Of a DNA stretch of 64,000 bases, positions 35,501 to 48,520 are shown in pieces. The notes under the pieces are model-generated. The model searched no databases, was not told where the DNA came from, and saw nothing but the letters and a program-made list of their open reading frames with translations. This DNA is from Monocercomonoides exilis PA203 (taxonomy: Eukaryota > Protista > Preaxostyla). Position numbers and translations under genes: made by a program. The stretch is taken from contig LSRY02000020.1 in the NCBI GenBank assembly GCA_001643675.2, forward strand, positions 1 to 64,000. Direction: 5' to 3'. Within the stretch, counting starts at the first letter, position 1, and each line of letters opens with the position of its first letter.

Positions 35501-38500
35501 ACCTGTCGGGCGGGCAGCGAATGAGGATAGCACTGGCAAGGGCAGTCTATTCATCGGCTGAGGTGTTTGTGTTGGATGACATTTTGGCGAGTGTCGATGC
35601 TCATGTTGGGCAGACGCTAGTGAAAAAGTGCATCAGCCAGCTGCTGAAAGGGAAGGCTGTCTTGTTGGCAACACACCACACGAAATATCTGCCATACTTC
35701 GACACAGCCACCGCAATGGAGAAAGTCGGAAGGATCAGAAAGATAGGAAAGGCGGAGGAGTTTGCGGGGATTGTGAAGGAGACTGGAGTGTTGGTTGAGG
35801 AGAATGAAGATGGTATTGAAGAAGAAGAGGTGGAAGGAGAAACGGAAAACACGGAAGATGATTATAAAAGCAATTGTGAAAAGAAGACTGAAGATTCTCT
35901 TAACATGACTTCGTCATCTTCAGTGTCATCTTCTCCATTCTCTTTCCAATCTCCTTTTGTTTCATCTCAACAATCTCCATCTTCTTCTTCTACTGCAACT
36001 TCACCATTCACTTTTAAATCACCTTTCATATCGACTCAGCAATCTGCATCGTCGTCATCGTCATCATCATCATCATCTTCTTCTTCTTCTTCTTCTTCTA
36101 TTTCGAGTGAATTTCCCCCAAATCTTCATACAACACCTCCGCCTTTTCTGAATTCAGTCGATGAATCCACTTCATCTTCTTCAACTCCTCCTCTTCCTTC
36201 TCCTCCTTCTCCTTCTCCCTCTGAATTGAGACGTCTGAAGAAACCCACCGATATGGAAGCTAATTCTGCTTCCCTCTCCTCCATTTTGTGGTATTTCAAA
36301 CATGCATCACTCTATCTGCTGTTCTTTTTGGTGCTGGCAATTGTGCTCAAAAATGTTGTGAATAATGGGAAAAGCGCTGTACTAAGCCTGTGGACAGCGA
36401 AGGATGCACAGATGGAGCAGATGAACGGGACGTTGGATGGGATTGGAGGAGAAACGAGGGGAGAGGAGAAAGGAGGAACAGAAGAAGAGAAGGAAAGAAG
36501 AGAAATCGTAAATGATATGATGGATGAATCTTCATTGAATACTACGACATTTTCATCATTATCATCATCAAACGAAAGCAATCACAAAAATGGAGATAAT
36601 TTCAAAACAAAATCAATCGGCCATTGGTTACAACAAAACATCTTCCCGCTCAAAAAGCAAAAGACACAACAGTTTCTTTTCTCCTTTCTGAGCCGCTTTG
36701 ATCTTTCCCCAGGATTCTTGTTCTTCCTCTACATCATCATGAATCTCTTATCGTCGCTCAGCGAGATTCCAGTGAGTCTGATCACCACCCGCTTCCGGCT
36801 GCAGTCTGCCCATGCCATCAAGACAGAAGTGTACTCAAAGCTCTTCCACGCGCCGATGCGCTTCTTCGACACCACACCCGCCAGCATGTTGTACAGAAGG
36901 CTGAATGCAGTGAACCCCATCAGCTACAGCGTCCTCCACTCCTTTACTGCCACTGCCTCCTCCCTCGCGAAGCTGCCCTTGGTACTGGTGGCAATCCACT
37001 CAGCGATGCCTGCGCTTCTGCTGCCTGTTGTGCTGGCGACGAGTGCAATGGTGCTGATCAGCCATTCCACGTCCCTCGCCAAGCGCCGCATTGATCGATC
37101 GTTGGTTGCTGCACGAAGCGAATCAGGGCGCTTCTTCAAGCAGTGTGTGGAAGGAGCAGCAACGATCAGGGCGTTTGGTGTGCAGGAGGCGGTGGAGGAG
37201 AGGCGCAGGGAGCTGTGCAGAAGGCTGAACGATGCTCAATTCTACAATAAAAGTGTGAATGAGCTTATCAAAAACATCACTAGCTGGTGTTATGATGTGC
37301 TTGAACAGCTGACTTATTTGACTGCGATTGTCTTGAAAGCTGCGGGGAGAAACACGTATTTCCTACCAATGGCGCTGCAGATGTCACATTCTGCTGTTTC
37401 GGCAGGGAGGAACTTGTACAGCCAGCTTTTGTCGTTGTACTTTGTTGTTGGGAAGATTGGGCGGATCAGAAAATTGTGCGATGTGGAGCAAGAGGGAGAG
37501 TGGACAATAAGTGTTCCAGAGGATTCTAATGAAAAGAGCAAGATGATTAAATGCAGCGAATCAAAAGAAGAGAAACCTGTGGATGGAAATGAAATGAAAT
37601 TTTCAAATGTTTCTTCTTCTGCTTCTTCCTCTTCTTCAATTTCATCTTCTTTGTCGTATCCGCTGTCAAATTGGCCATCAGCAGGCAGAATTGAGTTCAG
37701 CCATGTTGACTTGAGATACCGTCCTAATCTTCCGTTGGCTCTGGACGATGTCTCTTTTGTGATTCCTGATGGTGCAAAAGTGGGTATTGTGGGGAGGACA
37801 GGATCGGGAAAGTCGAGTCTTCTGCTGGCACTGCTTCGGATTGTGGAGGCGGAGTGGCAGAAGAAAGGCTGTGCCATTCTGATTGATGGACGAGATATCC
37901 ACACACAGCTGGGCCTCAAAGAGCTTCGGGGTGCAGTGGCAGTGACAGCGCAGGAGCCGATGCTTCTGAGTGGGAGCATCCGGTATAATCTGGATCCATT
38001 TGGAGAACACAGCGAGGAGGAGGTGTGGGCAGCACTGGGACAGGTGGGGCTGAGGGAGGCTGTGCAGCAGATGGAGGAGCAGCTTGAGTCAGATGTGGCA
38101 AATGAAGGGAAGAACTTTTCGGTGGGGCAGCGACGGTTACTGTGTCTAGCGCGAGCACTTTTGAGGCGCTCAAAGATTATTCTGATGGACGAAGCGACAG
38201 CAAGTGTGGACTTTGAGACAGACGAAAGGATCCAGCAGGTGACAAGGAAATGCTTCAGTGAATGTACCGTCATCACCATTGCACACAGGCTATCTACAGT
38301 TGCAGACTCTGACTTGGTGTTTGTGATGGATAGCGGTAAGCTCGTTGAGAGCGGAGCACCAAAGGTTTGTTCAATTGATTGAATTTTGAATGAGAAATTG
38401 AAATAGTTGCTGGATTTTTTTCACAGTTTTTGTGAGTATTTTACACTTGTTATTTCTTCACATATTTTACTTTTTAATTTTCTGACAAAAACAATTTTTC

Positions 38501-38625
38501 ATTTATTTATTTGTCTGTTGATTCAGGAGCTGTTGTTCAGAGAAAACTCCAAATTCTTGTCTTTGGCAAAAGCAGCAGGTGATGCCTATGTAGAACAATT
38601 GAGAGCAATTGCATTAAAATCTTGA
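32597..38625 (+). CDS. ABCC/MRP-type ABC transporter (TMD-NBD-TMD-NBD), multi-exon, with 2 apparent frameshifts
   Basis: Start MDYKQKN/LYDNAGFVSRL (lasso-like); IK/LIKINGWEE; NBD1 GPVGCGKS, AYVSQ, GERGYNLSGGQRMRIALARAVYS, LDD; APMRFFDTTP; NBD2 VGRTGSGKS, FSVGQRRLLCLARALL, MDEATASVD, IAHRL. Introns include 33613-33795, 33883-34016, 35162-35340 and 38365-38526. Frameshifts at about 33020 and 34590. Confidence 0.9.
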
Positions 38626-40488
38626 AATGTTTTTAATAATATTTGATAAGCATTGCCAGATGCATCCATTAGATAATTTCAACATCAAATGCAATTCTGA
38701 GTTTTTTATTTTTTAGCTATCATTTTTGTAATTCAACGCTATCAATTTGAATCTGAATTATTATAAATTATCAATTTTTCTATTTATTATTTTTTTTTTC
38801 TATTTTTTTCTAACTTGTGGCTTTATGTAATAATATGTATTGCTTTTTAAGATAAATTTTCTTTTTCCACAAAATGTTGAAATAGTTTTGCAGAATTTCT
38901 TCAAGAATCGGTGCAAGACAGAAAGAATCTCAATGTTTTTTGATATAATAACTGTTGTGTTAATATTTTTTAAAATTGGGTGATTATTTTAGAAATCATA
39001 TTTTTTCTGTAAAAATTTTCTGGTTGAATATGAGTTTAAAATATTGGTTGATGAACATAGAAAAATAAAGACGATGTTGAATTTCATATCTTCTTTTTGC
39101 ATTCATATCAAACTTTGGCTTTTGTAATTATTCTGAAACAATTAACATAAGGAAAAAATTATTCCAAAATTGACGAAAAACTTATTTAAAAACAATTTTT
39201 CAAAAAATATAAAAAATTTGGGTGATTATTATTGAAAATAAAACTTATAACGGAGTATTGTTTCTTTTGATATTTCGTTTCGAAGAATATGAATTTTTTT
39301 ATTCAAAAGAAAAAAACTTGACAATTGGGGGAAAATATGGACTTTCAAGCTTTTTATGCACAAAGCATGAAATAATAGTTTCAGTTTCAACATTATTAAA
39401 CTTAATCAGATTTCAAAATAAATTAGATTATCAAAATTGAAAACAAACATCATTGATGAAATTACAAAATGTTCAGTGACCGCATATGTACTTCAAAAAA
39501 TAAACCCATTTTTTTCAAATTTTTTGATCACAAAAAACTCATCGTAAGTGCAAATTTTATCTAAGAAAATGCCTGAAGTCATATATTTTGCACCAATTGT
39601 TTTATTTAAAAGAAGAGTGAGAGGATAATTATGAAATAAATTTTTCTGAAAGAAGTCATCACTTTTCAGAGTTCTTTTGTCAATATAAAAATTTTTTCGA
39701 AAGCCGAAATTTTTGAATGAAAAAAATGGATTTAAAATTAATCACCAATTTTGGAAAAAAAAGCCCAATCATCAAGCTATCTCATTCAATTAGCATTATT
39801 TGCGAATATATATGTCTTGGATCATTCTTTTAAAATCGTTGCATATAATACATAATCAGGTTATAACTTTTTGAATTGATATTGGACAAAAAAATATTTT
39901 TGATCACTAAATCTTTGTTCGTAATGATTCGGACTGTTTCATTTTTGAAATAAAACATGCATTATTTTGAATATCAGAAAATTTTGACTTGTTAACTTCG
40001 AAAAAATATGATCAAAAAAATGCGCTATTGAACAAAATCTGATTATCAAGTTTTTTCTTTTATTCAGAAACAATTGCAAAAATTTCTAATTCGCGATCGA
40101 AATAAAACTATTTTTTTACTCAAATTTAACGAATAAAAATTTCTTATTTAATTGTTTTTTCAAATCATAATTTTCTGTCGAATAAAAACGACTTTCAAAT
40201 TAAATTTCATTTTTTCAAATATTTCTTTTCTTTAAAAAAAAATGTGTTTATCTCTATTTTTTTGGATATTCAAAGATCAATTTTCTTTTTCAAAGAGTCT
40301 GAAATGACAAAAGAATTTTTTGAAAGTTAATTATATTCTTTTTGTTTATCTCAAAAAAGTTTTTCGATTTATTGAAATTCACAAATTATATCTCTCACTG
40401 TTGAAGCGTAAAAATATGATAAAAAATAAATCAGATTATTCCCATATTGAAAAAAAGTCAGAAATGATTATTCACCTTTTATTTTTTC

Positions 40489-41162
40489 GAATTTGGAAAA
40501 CTGGTTATTTAAGATTTGTCACTATGAGGATTTTTTTATTAAAAAATCATGGGACAAACTTGTTTTTGACTGAGTGTTAGGAAATGTTTTTATTATTAAA
40601 GTTATTAAACAATCAAAAAAATAAAAATAGTACGAGTAACTGAGCCCCTAGAAGTGTTTTTGACAATAAACATAAAAATATTCATATTTTCAGCAATAAA
40701 ACATTTTCTTTGAAATAAGATAATAAACCAATGAATTCATCTCGTGTTGTTAAATTATGCACAATTTTTTCAAAGAAAGAATGATTTCATAAAGGATCAG
40801 CCATCAATGAGCTTTCAGTGTTTTTCATTGGTTTTCTGTGGTTTGAGTGGAAATTTTTCATTGAAGATAATTTTTTCTTGATGGAATAATACATAATTTA
40901 ACAACACGAGATGAATTCATTGGTTTATTATCTTATTTCAAAGAAAATGTTTTATTGCTGAAAATATGAATATTTTTATGTTTATTGTCAAAAACACTTC
41001 TAGGGGCTCAGTTACTCGTACTATTTTTATTTTTTTGATTGTTTAATAACTTTAATAATAAAAACATTTCCTAACACTCAGTCAAAAACAAGTTTGTCCC
41101 ATGATTTTTTAATAAAAAAATCCTCATAGTGACAAATCTTAAATAACCAGTTTTCCAAATTC
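40489..41162. repeat. Perfect 271-bp inverted repeat with 132-bp spacer (foldback/MITE-like)
   Basis: Arms 40489-40759 and 40892-41162 checked block by block with no mismatch. No clear target-site duplication. Confidence 0.97.
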
Positions 41163-41366
41163 TATAAAAAATGGCATTATCACAAAAATTTGTCAAACGA
41201 TAAATATTGAATTTATCATTTTCTCTGTCGAGAAATTTTGAAATATAAGGATAAATATTTTCGTTCAGTAAACTTATCAAAAAAGATAAAATTGTATCAA
41301 TGATGATCAAATTAAAAGTTTCATTGATCTATTGTGTAATAATTATTATATTCAAGGTGGCTTTTT

Positions 41367-43106
41367 ATGTCTTCTTCAAAAGAAGAAAGTTCTTCTTCGA
41401 GACATGATCGCAGAAGAAATTCATATCACAGAAGCGATAGAGACAGATATTATGAACGTGATCACGATTCATATGCGAGAAGTCAACGTTCTTCACATTT
41501 ATCCACTCAACCTGAACCTTCAAGAAGCCAAACACTGAGTTTGAATTGAATAATAGTTACAATTAAATATTTTTTCTAAATTTCTTTCAATTATTTTCCA
41601 TCAATTTCCGGATAGCACCCGAGGAACAAATTGAAGCACGCTCTCGAACAGTGTTTGTTTCTCACATTCATCCTCGTGCAACTGAAAGGCAATTACGCCG
41701 TTTTTTTGAAGATAAGGGAATATCCGTAGTTTCTGCATCGCTTGTGACAGATAAAGGAAGCCGTAAATCCAAAGGGCTTGCTATTATTTTTATTTCAAAA
41801 TTTTGAAGTATTTATAAACATGATTTGATTACCTTTAGAATTGGGTATGTTGAATTTGCAACTACGTCTGGTGTTGATCAAGCTGTTCTTCTAACAGGAA
41901 CTTCTTTGGAAGGATTTCACATAACAATACAAAGAGTTGGCCTTGATGGAATAGCTATACCGACACCTGTAATTTCGCAAACAACAGCATCAATAACATC
42001 GGCTCCTGTTGTTGCATCTCCTACACCATTATCATCCACTTCAGTTTCAGAGTGTGCATTTTTTAATGAATAAAATTTTTTATTAGATTTTGTTTCATTG
42101 GGTTTTTTTAATCATTTTTCTAAAATATGGAATGCTTAAGGGCTTTTATTTCTTCGTCCATCGTTCCTACAAGAGTTATTGCTGGGAACCTCCCTTCAAT
42201 AATTTCAGAAGATGAGATACGAACGCTTTTTAGTATGTTTGGACCAATTGTATCTATAACTTTATATAAATTAGGAACGAGTGCAAAAGACAGCCATTCA
42301 AAATCTCAAAAAAAGGAGCGAAAAAAGAGCAGTGAAAAAAAGAGCGAAGAAGAAAAGATTCATTCTGATGATGAAAGTGAGAGTGATATCAGAGAATATT
42401 CACATAACGATGCCCCTATTTCAGCTGTTATTGAATTTTCAACTTTTGATTCAGCAAGTGCTGCAGCAAAAGTTATGGATGGAATTGACTTAATAAACAA
42501 GATTACCGTAACGCTTGACAGCGACACTACGAGGAATGGTTATTCACAAAGTGTGCAGATGCTTCCAACTGCAACAGTAACAACGTCAGATCCACATTCA
42601 ACGTTAGCTGCAAATGAATCCACAGATTCCACCAAAAACACAAGCGAAACAGACAAAAACATGGAAGAAGAAGCAAAGAACATGTTTCCTGTTTCGGATG
42701 AGCCAACACTTCTTCTTTTGCTAAAGAATTTATATGATCCAAAAATGTTTGTGTCTATTTACTTATAAAATGTAAACAAGATCTTTCATATTTGCATTAA
42801 TTTTCATTCATTTTTGAAATATTTTGATTCGATTTATTTCATCATTTTTTATTTCATTTCTTTGAAATGAAATTGAAAATTCTGAAATCGAACAGAGCTG
42901 ATGAGAGCTCGATGAAAGACATATGCAGTGAAGTTCGCGAAGAAAGTCAGAACTTTGGAGAGGTTGTTGAATGCATTTTAGCGCCGATGGTTAGTGGAGT
43001 ATTGATAACTTTCTCAGAATCTTCTGCGGCTGAAAAGGCATTTCCAGTCATGAACGGACGATGGTTTGATGGACGGCGCATTTCTGCCCAATTCGTTAAG
43101 CTGTGA
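41367..43106 (+). CDS. RBM39/RBM23 (CAPER)-like splicing factor: RS-like N-terminus, RRM, RRM, UHM; 5 exons
   Basis: Exons 41367-41538, 41616-41775, 41839-42051, 42141-42746, 42896-43106. Motifs RTVFVSHI...RKSKG/IGYVEF; GNLPSIISEDEIRTLFSMFG; LLLKNLYDP...VREESQNFG...MNGRWFDGRRISA. Confidence 0.82.
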
Positions 43107-43951
43107 TACATTTCTTTATCACATGCTTTATGTGGATTTTGAAGCTTTCACTTCACGACATTTCACTTTTTGATAACAGGTTAAATCTTTTTCTTTATTC
43201 AAACAATTGAACGAGTAGTAGTTTGCGTTGAATAGGATGATTATTCTTTTTGTGATTATTGTAATCATCAATGCTTTCGTGCATTATTCTGTTGTTTTTG
43301 CCATTTCAGATTATTGCAAGTGAAATTGAGAGTTTTTTTTAAAAGAACAAGTTAATTGAATATTGTTTCCATTCTTTTGGAATTTACAGCTTTATATTTT
43401 TGTCTTCTCTTTTTCAAGAAACAATCATTACCGAAAACGATCGCTTGAATTGCAAATCAACTAAGAGGTTGAAAAAAGTGGAGCGAGTCAATGGAATCGG
43501 ATATTTTAGTGAATGATAATTTTGTCCAAAAGATAATAACTCAAAGACATAATTCTACATTGCTCTATTAATGTTGTGAAGAACACCATCACCAAAATAT
43601 CCACAGATTTATATTTAAAAGCTTCAAAGGAATGCTATGAAAAAAGTGTTTTTTTACTAAAAAAAAAAAAAAAATTCACAATAAATTATAATTTCTAACT
43701 TCATTTTCAAGAAATATGTTTCAAATTTAGAGATAAAAGAGATTTGACATAAATTATCTTGGTTGGTAAAATTATCAAAATAAATTTTTTTTATAATTTC
43801 AAAAAGAAAGTAATAAACTGAAAAGTTTCACAATTTTTGTTAGCGGTGTTATAAATAATTATTTCATGAAAGAATTATAAAAAGTTTTAAATATTTTTTT
43901 ACTGTTTCGGAGAATTATAGAACACCCATAAGTTGAGTTGAAGTAACTCTG

Positions 43952-46900
43952 ATGGTATTTTGTTGTTATTTGTTTTTACACAGCAATTTAATGGTTGAAA
44001 TCTTAGGAGGAAGGAGACATTGAAGAAAGGAATTGCTGTGAAAATTGTTGTTCTCATCTTGGATTCTACTTCAGCCAAGGAGTCCGTGAAGTTAAGAACA
44101 GAACGTGCAGTTATGTTTGGGGATTCTTGAGGTATTTTTTTCTATACAATTGAAAAACATTACATTAAATTAATTTTTAAGTGTTATGCTTGTTTGCTGC
44201 GTAACTTCAGTTATTATTTCCGTGAGCGATAAATTTCCAGTTGTTGTTCTTATGCTGGCCGAGGATTCCGCAGGAGAAATAGATTTGTATATAAAATCTG
44301 GAGAATGGACAGATCATTTTGGAATCAACTCAACTGAAGTTCAAAATATTGTTTCACTTCTGGGAGAAGCAGTTTGCATATATTCTTATTTATCTTTTTT
44401 ATTTTTTTAATTTTTAAAAAGTATTCGCATTTTTCTCCACGTCTCGAAGCCCTTATAACTCCGTGGAAAACAAATTTGTTTGCATTTATTATTAACATAA
44501 ATAAAAAATAATAAAAAAATTATCTTTTGAAGCCCTGAACACAACTTCGTTGCAAATTTCACAGCAATAGATACAGAAAGAGAAGTGTGCAATTGAATGT
44601 TATTTTCTTTGAACGTATTTACTTATTATTATTATTATTACCATTAATATTATTTTACAAAAGAGAGCCATTGAGATTGGAAGACAATGGACAGCTCCCC
44701 CAATACCAAAAGGGGAAACTATTATCACATCTTCTCTTGCAAGACAACTTAATGTTTGTAAAAATTATTTAACTTGAATGTTAAGCTATATTTCTCTCAT
44801 ATTAAACGAATCATTACAGATAAGCATTGGAGATTCCATAACATTCACGCTACCTGTTACTGAAATGTCACCTATTGCAGCAGATGTTGTGTTGAAGAAA
44901 TCACCCAATGCGCTTCCATTTTTAATGGATCTCATTAAAGAAGTGAATGTTACCCTCCGTGTAAATGATGTTTGCAGCAAAATTGCCTTTTGTTTTTTCC
45001 CTTTTTATTGTTAAAATTGTAATTTTGTAATCTCTTCCAAAATATTAAAATTTAATTTCACAATTAAATAGATCGTTGACAATGCGCTCCATAAGGTTAA
45101 GAATGAAGAAGTGCTGTTCGTTGAAATGGACAACATTTGGGAAACGGTATTCTCATTTTTTGAAAGTCAATCTTCACATAAATACCTCAAATCGTATATA
45201 ATTTTCTTTTCATATGCACTCTTCACATTTGGGGGAGATAGATTGTTGATTCATTCCCGTCTGATGCTTTGATATCAATCAATCGCGATCAGTGGCTGTC
45301 ATTCAACATTAGAGAATACGCAACGTCTTTGGTATTTTCCTGCAAAGTGCCGCGCCATCCCATTTATTTAACCTTTAGTACAACAGATCTTAAAAAGTGT
45401 GGAATTAACTTTTTATTTTGTTTTATTATTTATTTTTTAATTGTTTGTGTTTTTCAATTTAAATATTTCATCAATTTTGCTTTCAAATATCGCAATTTTT
45501 CTTTTTTTTGATTTAACATTTTTGCTCTTTTTTCATTTTCATGTATACCAACGCTTTTGATGATATATTTTTTCGTGTTAACTACAGGCAATTGGTGGAA
45601 TGGGCATCTCGCATCACATATGCGCTGTCATTTGATGGACTTGATGTGACAATGCCTGTTCCAGATGCGTTTTCCATATGGTCACTTCTCGGGATGGTGA
45701 TAAACATGGTGAGCTTGCTTATCATTGTGGTTCTTGTGGGAATATCAATTGTGCTGATTTACTCGCTTCTGCAGATATCTGTCGACACAAGGACGTTTGA
45801 GCTAGGCATTCTTCGGATGGTTGGCCTTAATCGTGCTGGAGTTATCGGAACACTGATTGCACAGGCCATCTTGTACTCAATCCCTGGCTGGATTCTGGGC
45901 ATTGGCTTGGGCTATCTTGTGAACTGGATTGTGGTGCGTGTTCTGGCTGATGTCTGCTCGGTGCCATTGGATGCACTTATGCCAGCACTTTCAATCATCA
46001 TCGCTACACTCATTGCATTCGGCATCTCACTCATTGCTTCCATTTTCCCCATCCGCTCTGCTCTGTCGCAGAACTTGCACGACTCCATTGACGTGAACCA
46101 TTCAAAAAACCAGGTTGTTGTGGTGTCTATTGAAAGAGCTGATGACTTAGCTACTCCGTGGGGCTATCTCGTGGCTGGGATATTGCTGGCGGGCATTGGG
46201 GCAGGGGTGTATGTGATGTTTCCTCAGGCACTTTTAGCTATGAATACTACGCTCATCGCATTTATGCTTTTCCTGATGCTGTTTTTGATTCTGCTGTCTA
46301 TAATTCTGATATGCTTGAACTTCGAATACATCTTCGAGACAATACTTGCAACAGTGTTTTTGTGCTGGGAGTCGCGTGCCTTGAAAGACTTGGCTGTTAA
46401 GAATCTTGGTGCGCATCGTATCCGAAACAGGAAAACAACCATTCTTTATGCAGTCTCATTAGCGTACATCATGTTCGCAAACATTTTGTTGACAATTGCA
46501 GTGGATCAGATTGTTACTATGGTCTATATGGAGCATGGATGCGATATACATCTCAGAGCTTACAAATACGAGAGCGTGATTGGAGGAGCCACAGGAAGAG
46601 CGCAAACACGATATGATCCGAATGCGCGATATTTGAACGATCCGGAGGGGTTGGAAACAATCATCGAGAAATATTCTGATATAGTTGCAACTGTGGCGTG
46701 GGTGACGCAAGAGATGGAGACAGTTTATCCAGAACCAGTTCGAACGCAGATAGCGAATCAAGGGAGGTCACACGCATATTACCATCATGTGTATGGAGCC
46801 ACTCCCAATTTTATGGACAATCTCGATCACAAATATGTGAAAGTGGTGGACGAAGTGAAGTCTGGAGACTCAGTCATCAAAGCATTGTACACCGACAGAA

Positions 46901-47802
46901 ACAATCCATATTCAACAGTTCTTTCGAACGGGTTGAAAGAAGCGATGGGAGGACAAGCAGGCGATGTGTACATGATGAACATCATTCCCGCTGGGAGTGC
47001 AGACAGCAGCAGTTCGGGAGGGATGCTCAGCGGAGCTGCAGAGTTTTTGGATGACTCGCTTGCACGTATCAACATCACCGCCACAGCTTATTTAGAAGCA
47101 CTTCCGTTTTTCTCAGTGCCTTCACAGACCATATCATCAACCACAAATGCTGATCTACCGCTGTCAATACCTGCCTACCTCACTTTGGTTCCAGGAGAAA
47201 ACGGGCATTTCGATAACATCCATTTCAATCACTTGCTTGTGAGGTTCAAAGAAGGAGCTGATGAAAAGCATCTCGACAGGATTCAAGAAATGTATGATGA
47301 GCTTAAGGCAATTTTGGAGGATCCAGAAGACAGCGAGTCAACATACACTGTCTGGGCGTTCTTTAGTGCGATGGATGGACTGAAGATGGCGACAAGCATT
47401 TTGGATGTCACGTTTATGGCAGTGACGGTGCTGGTGATGATTTTGTGCTTCTTCTCTCTGATGTCGTCGATGCACACGAATGTCATGGAGCAGGGCAAAG
47501 AGATTGGTATTATGCGCGCATTAGGGTTGACTCGGTTCCAGCTGGTGAGAGTGTTTGTGGAGGAGGCGTTTATTCTTGTCATTACTGCGACTGTGATGGG
47601 GATGATCAGCGGAATGGTCGTGGGCTATTTGATCATCTCTCAAATGGGCTCGCTGCAGGGATTGCCTACTCCCCTTTACTTCCCCTGGGAAATGGTGGTG
47701 ATTATGATTGCAATGGCTGTTGTCACATCAATACTGGCAGCTTTAGAGCCTTCTCTTTCAATCATGAAGAAGCCTATCGTTTCAATCATCAAAACGCACT
47801 AA
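43952..47802 (+). CDS. FtsX/MacB-like permease with two FtsX domains; 10 coding exons
   Basis: Exons 43952-43954 (ATG only), 44007-44131, 44182-44371, 44422-44477, 44533-44584, 44664-44753, 44820-44969, 45072-45146, 45242-45396 and 45588-47802 splice in frame via GT-AG. FtsX motifs RTFELGILRMVGL and EQGKEIGIMRALGLTRFQL..VF..EA; multiple TM segments. Confidence 0.88.
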
Positions 47803-48520
47803 ACAATCAAAGAACTTCATTCTCTTCAATGCTTTTTATTCTGCTTCTTGTTCGTTCAAATTTCAAAATCAACTCGGAAAATTTATTTCGTCGTATTGTT
47901 GATCTTTATTTGGAAGACAAGAAGAGGAATTTTCATTCATTGATTCATTTTATATATTAATGCATTTCTACTGGACATTTTTTTAGCAGAACAGCAAATC
48001 GGGTTATTCCTTCATTCATTTGCTGCTTGCTATCAAAACTGACTAAACTTATCTTTCCGAACAATTCAAATATTTGCAATTTTGTTATGCTGACTTCAAC
48101 ATTTCATGTTTCATTTCTTTTTTATGTGTGTCTTTTAACAAATGTTTTATGTTTGTATTTAATTTTTATTTAACTTTTGTTTTTTTACAATATTTTGAAA
48201 GTATTTTTGATTTCTTTTATTCTATCATCCAAAATTTTGATTTTAAAACAAAATTAAAGTTTACATCTTTTTAAGCGTTCTTTATAAAGTTATGAACAAA
48301 TTTCTTATTGATATGCAACCATTGAATAAAAGTTTTAAATTATTTGAAACTTGATCTTTTGCAAATACGAATTGAATGAACCAAAAGAAACAATTTATTA
48401 CCTAATATCGAAATCTAAACCAAATTGGGATCTTGAAACACTTGTGTTAGGCGCTTTTCTTTGAAATTTTTTTTGAAAGAATTTTGAAAAATTGAATTAA
48501 CAATTTTTGAATAGTTCTTG

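Noticed and set aside
40320-41310. Two short ORFs with an identical C-terminus (RIWKTGYLRFVTMRIFLLKNHGTNLFLTEC)
   Set aside because: By-product of the perfect inverted repeat; no coding signal.
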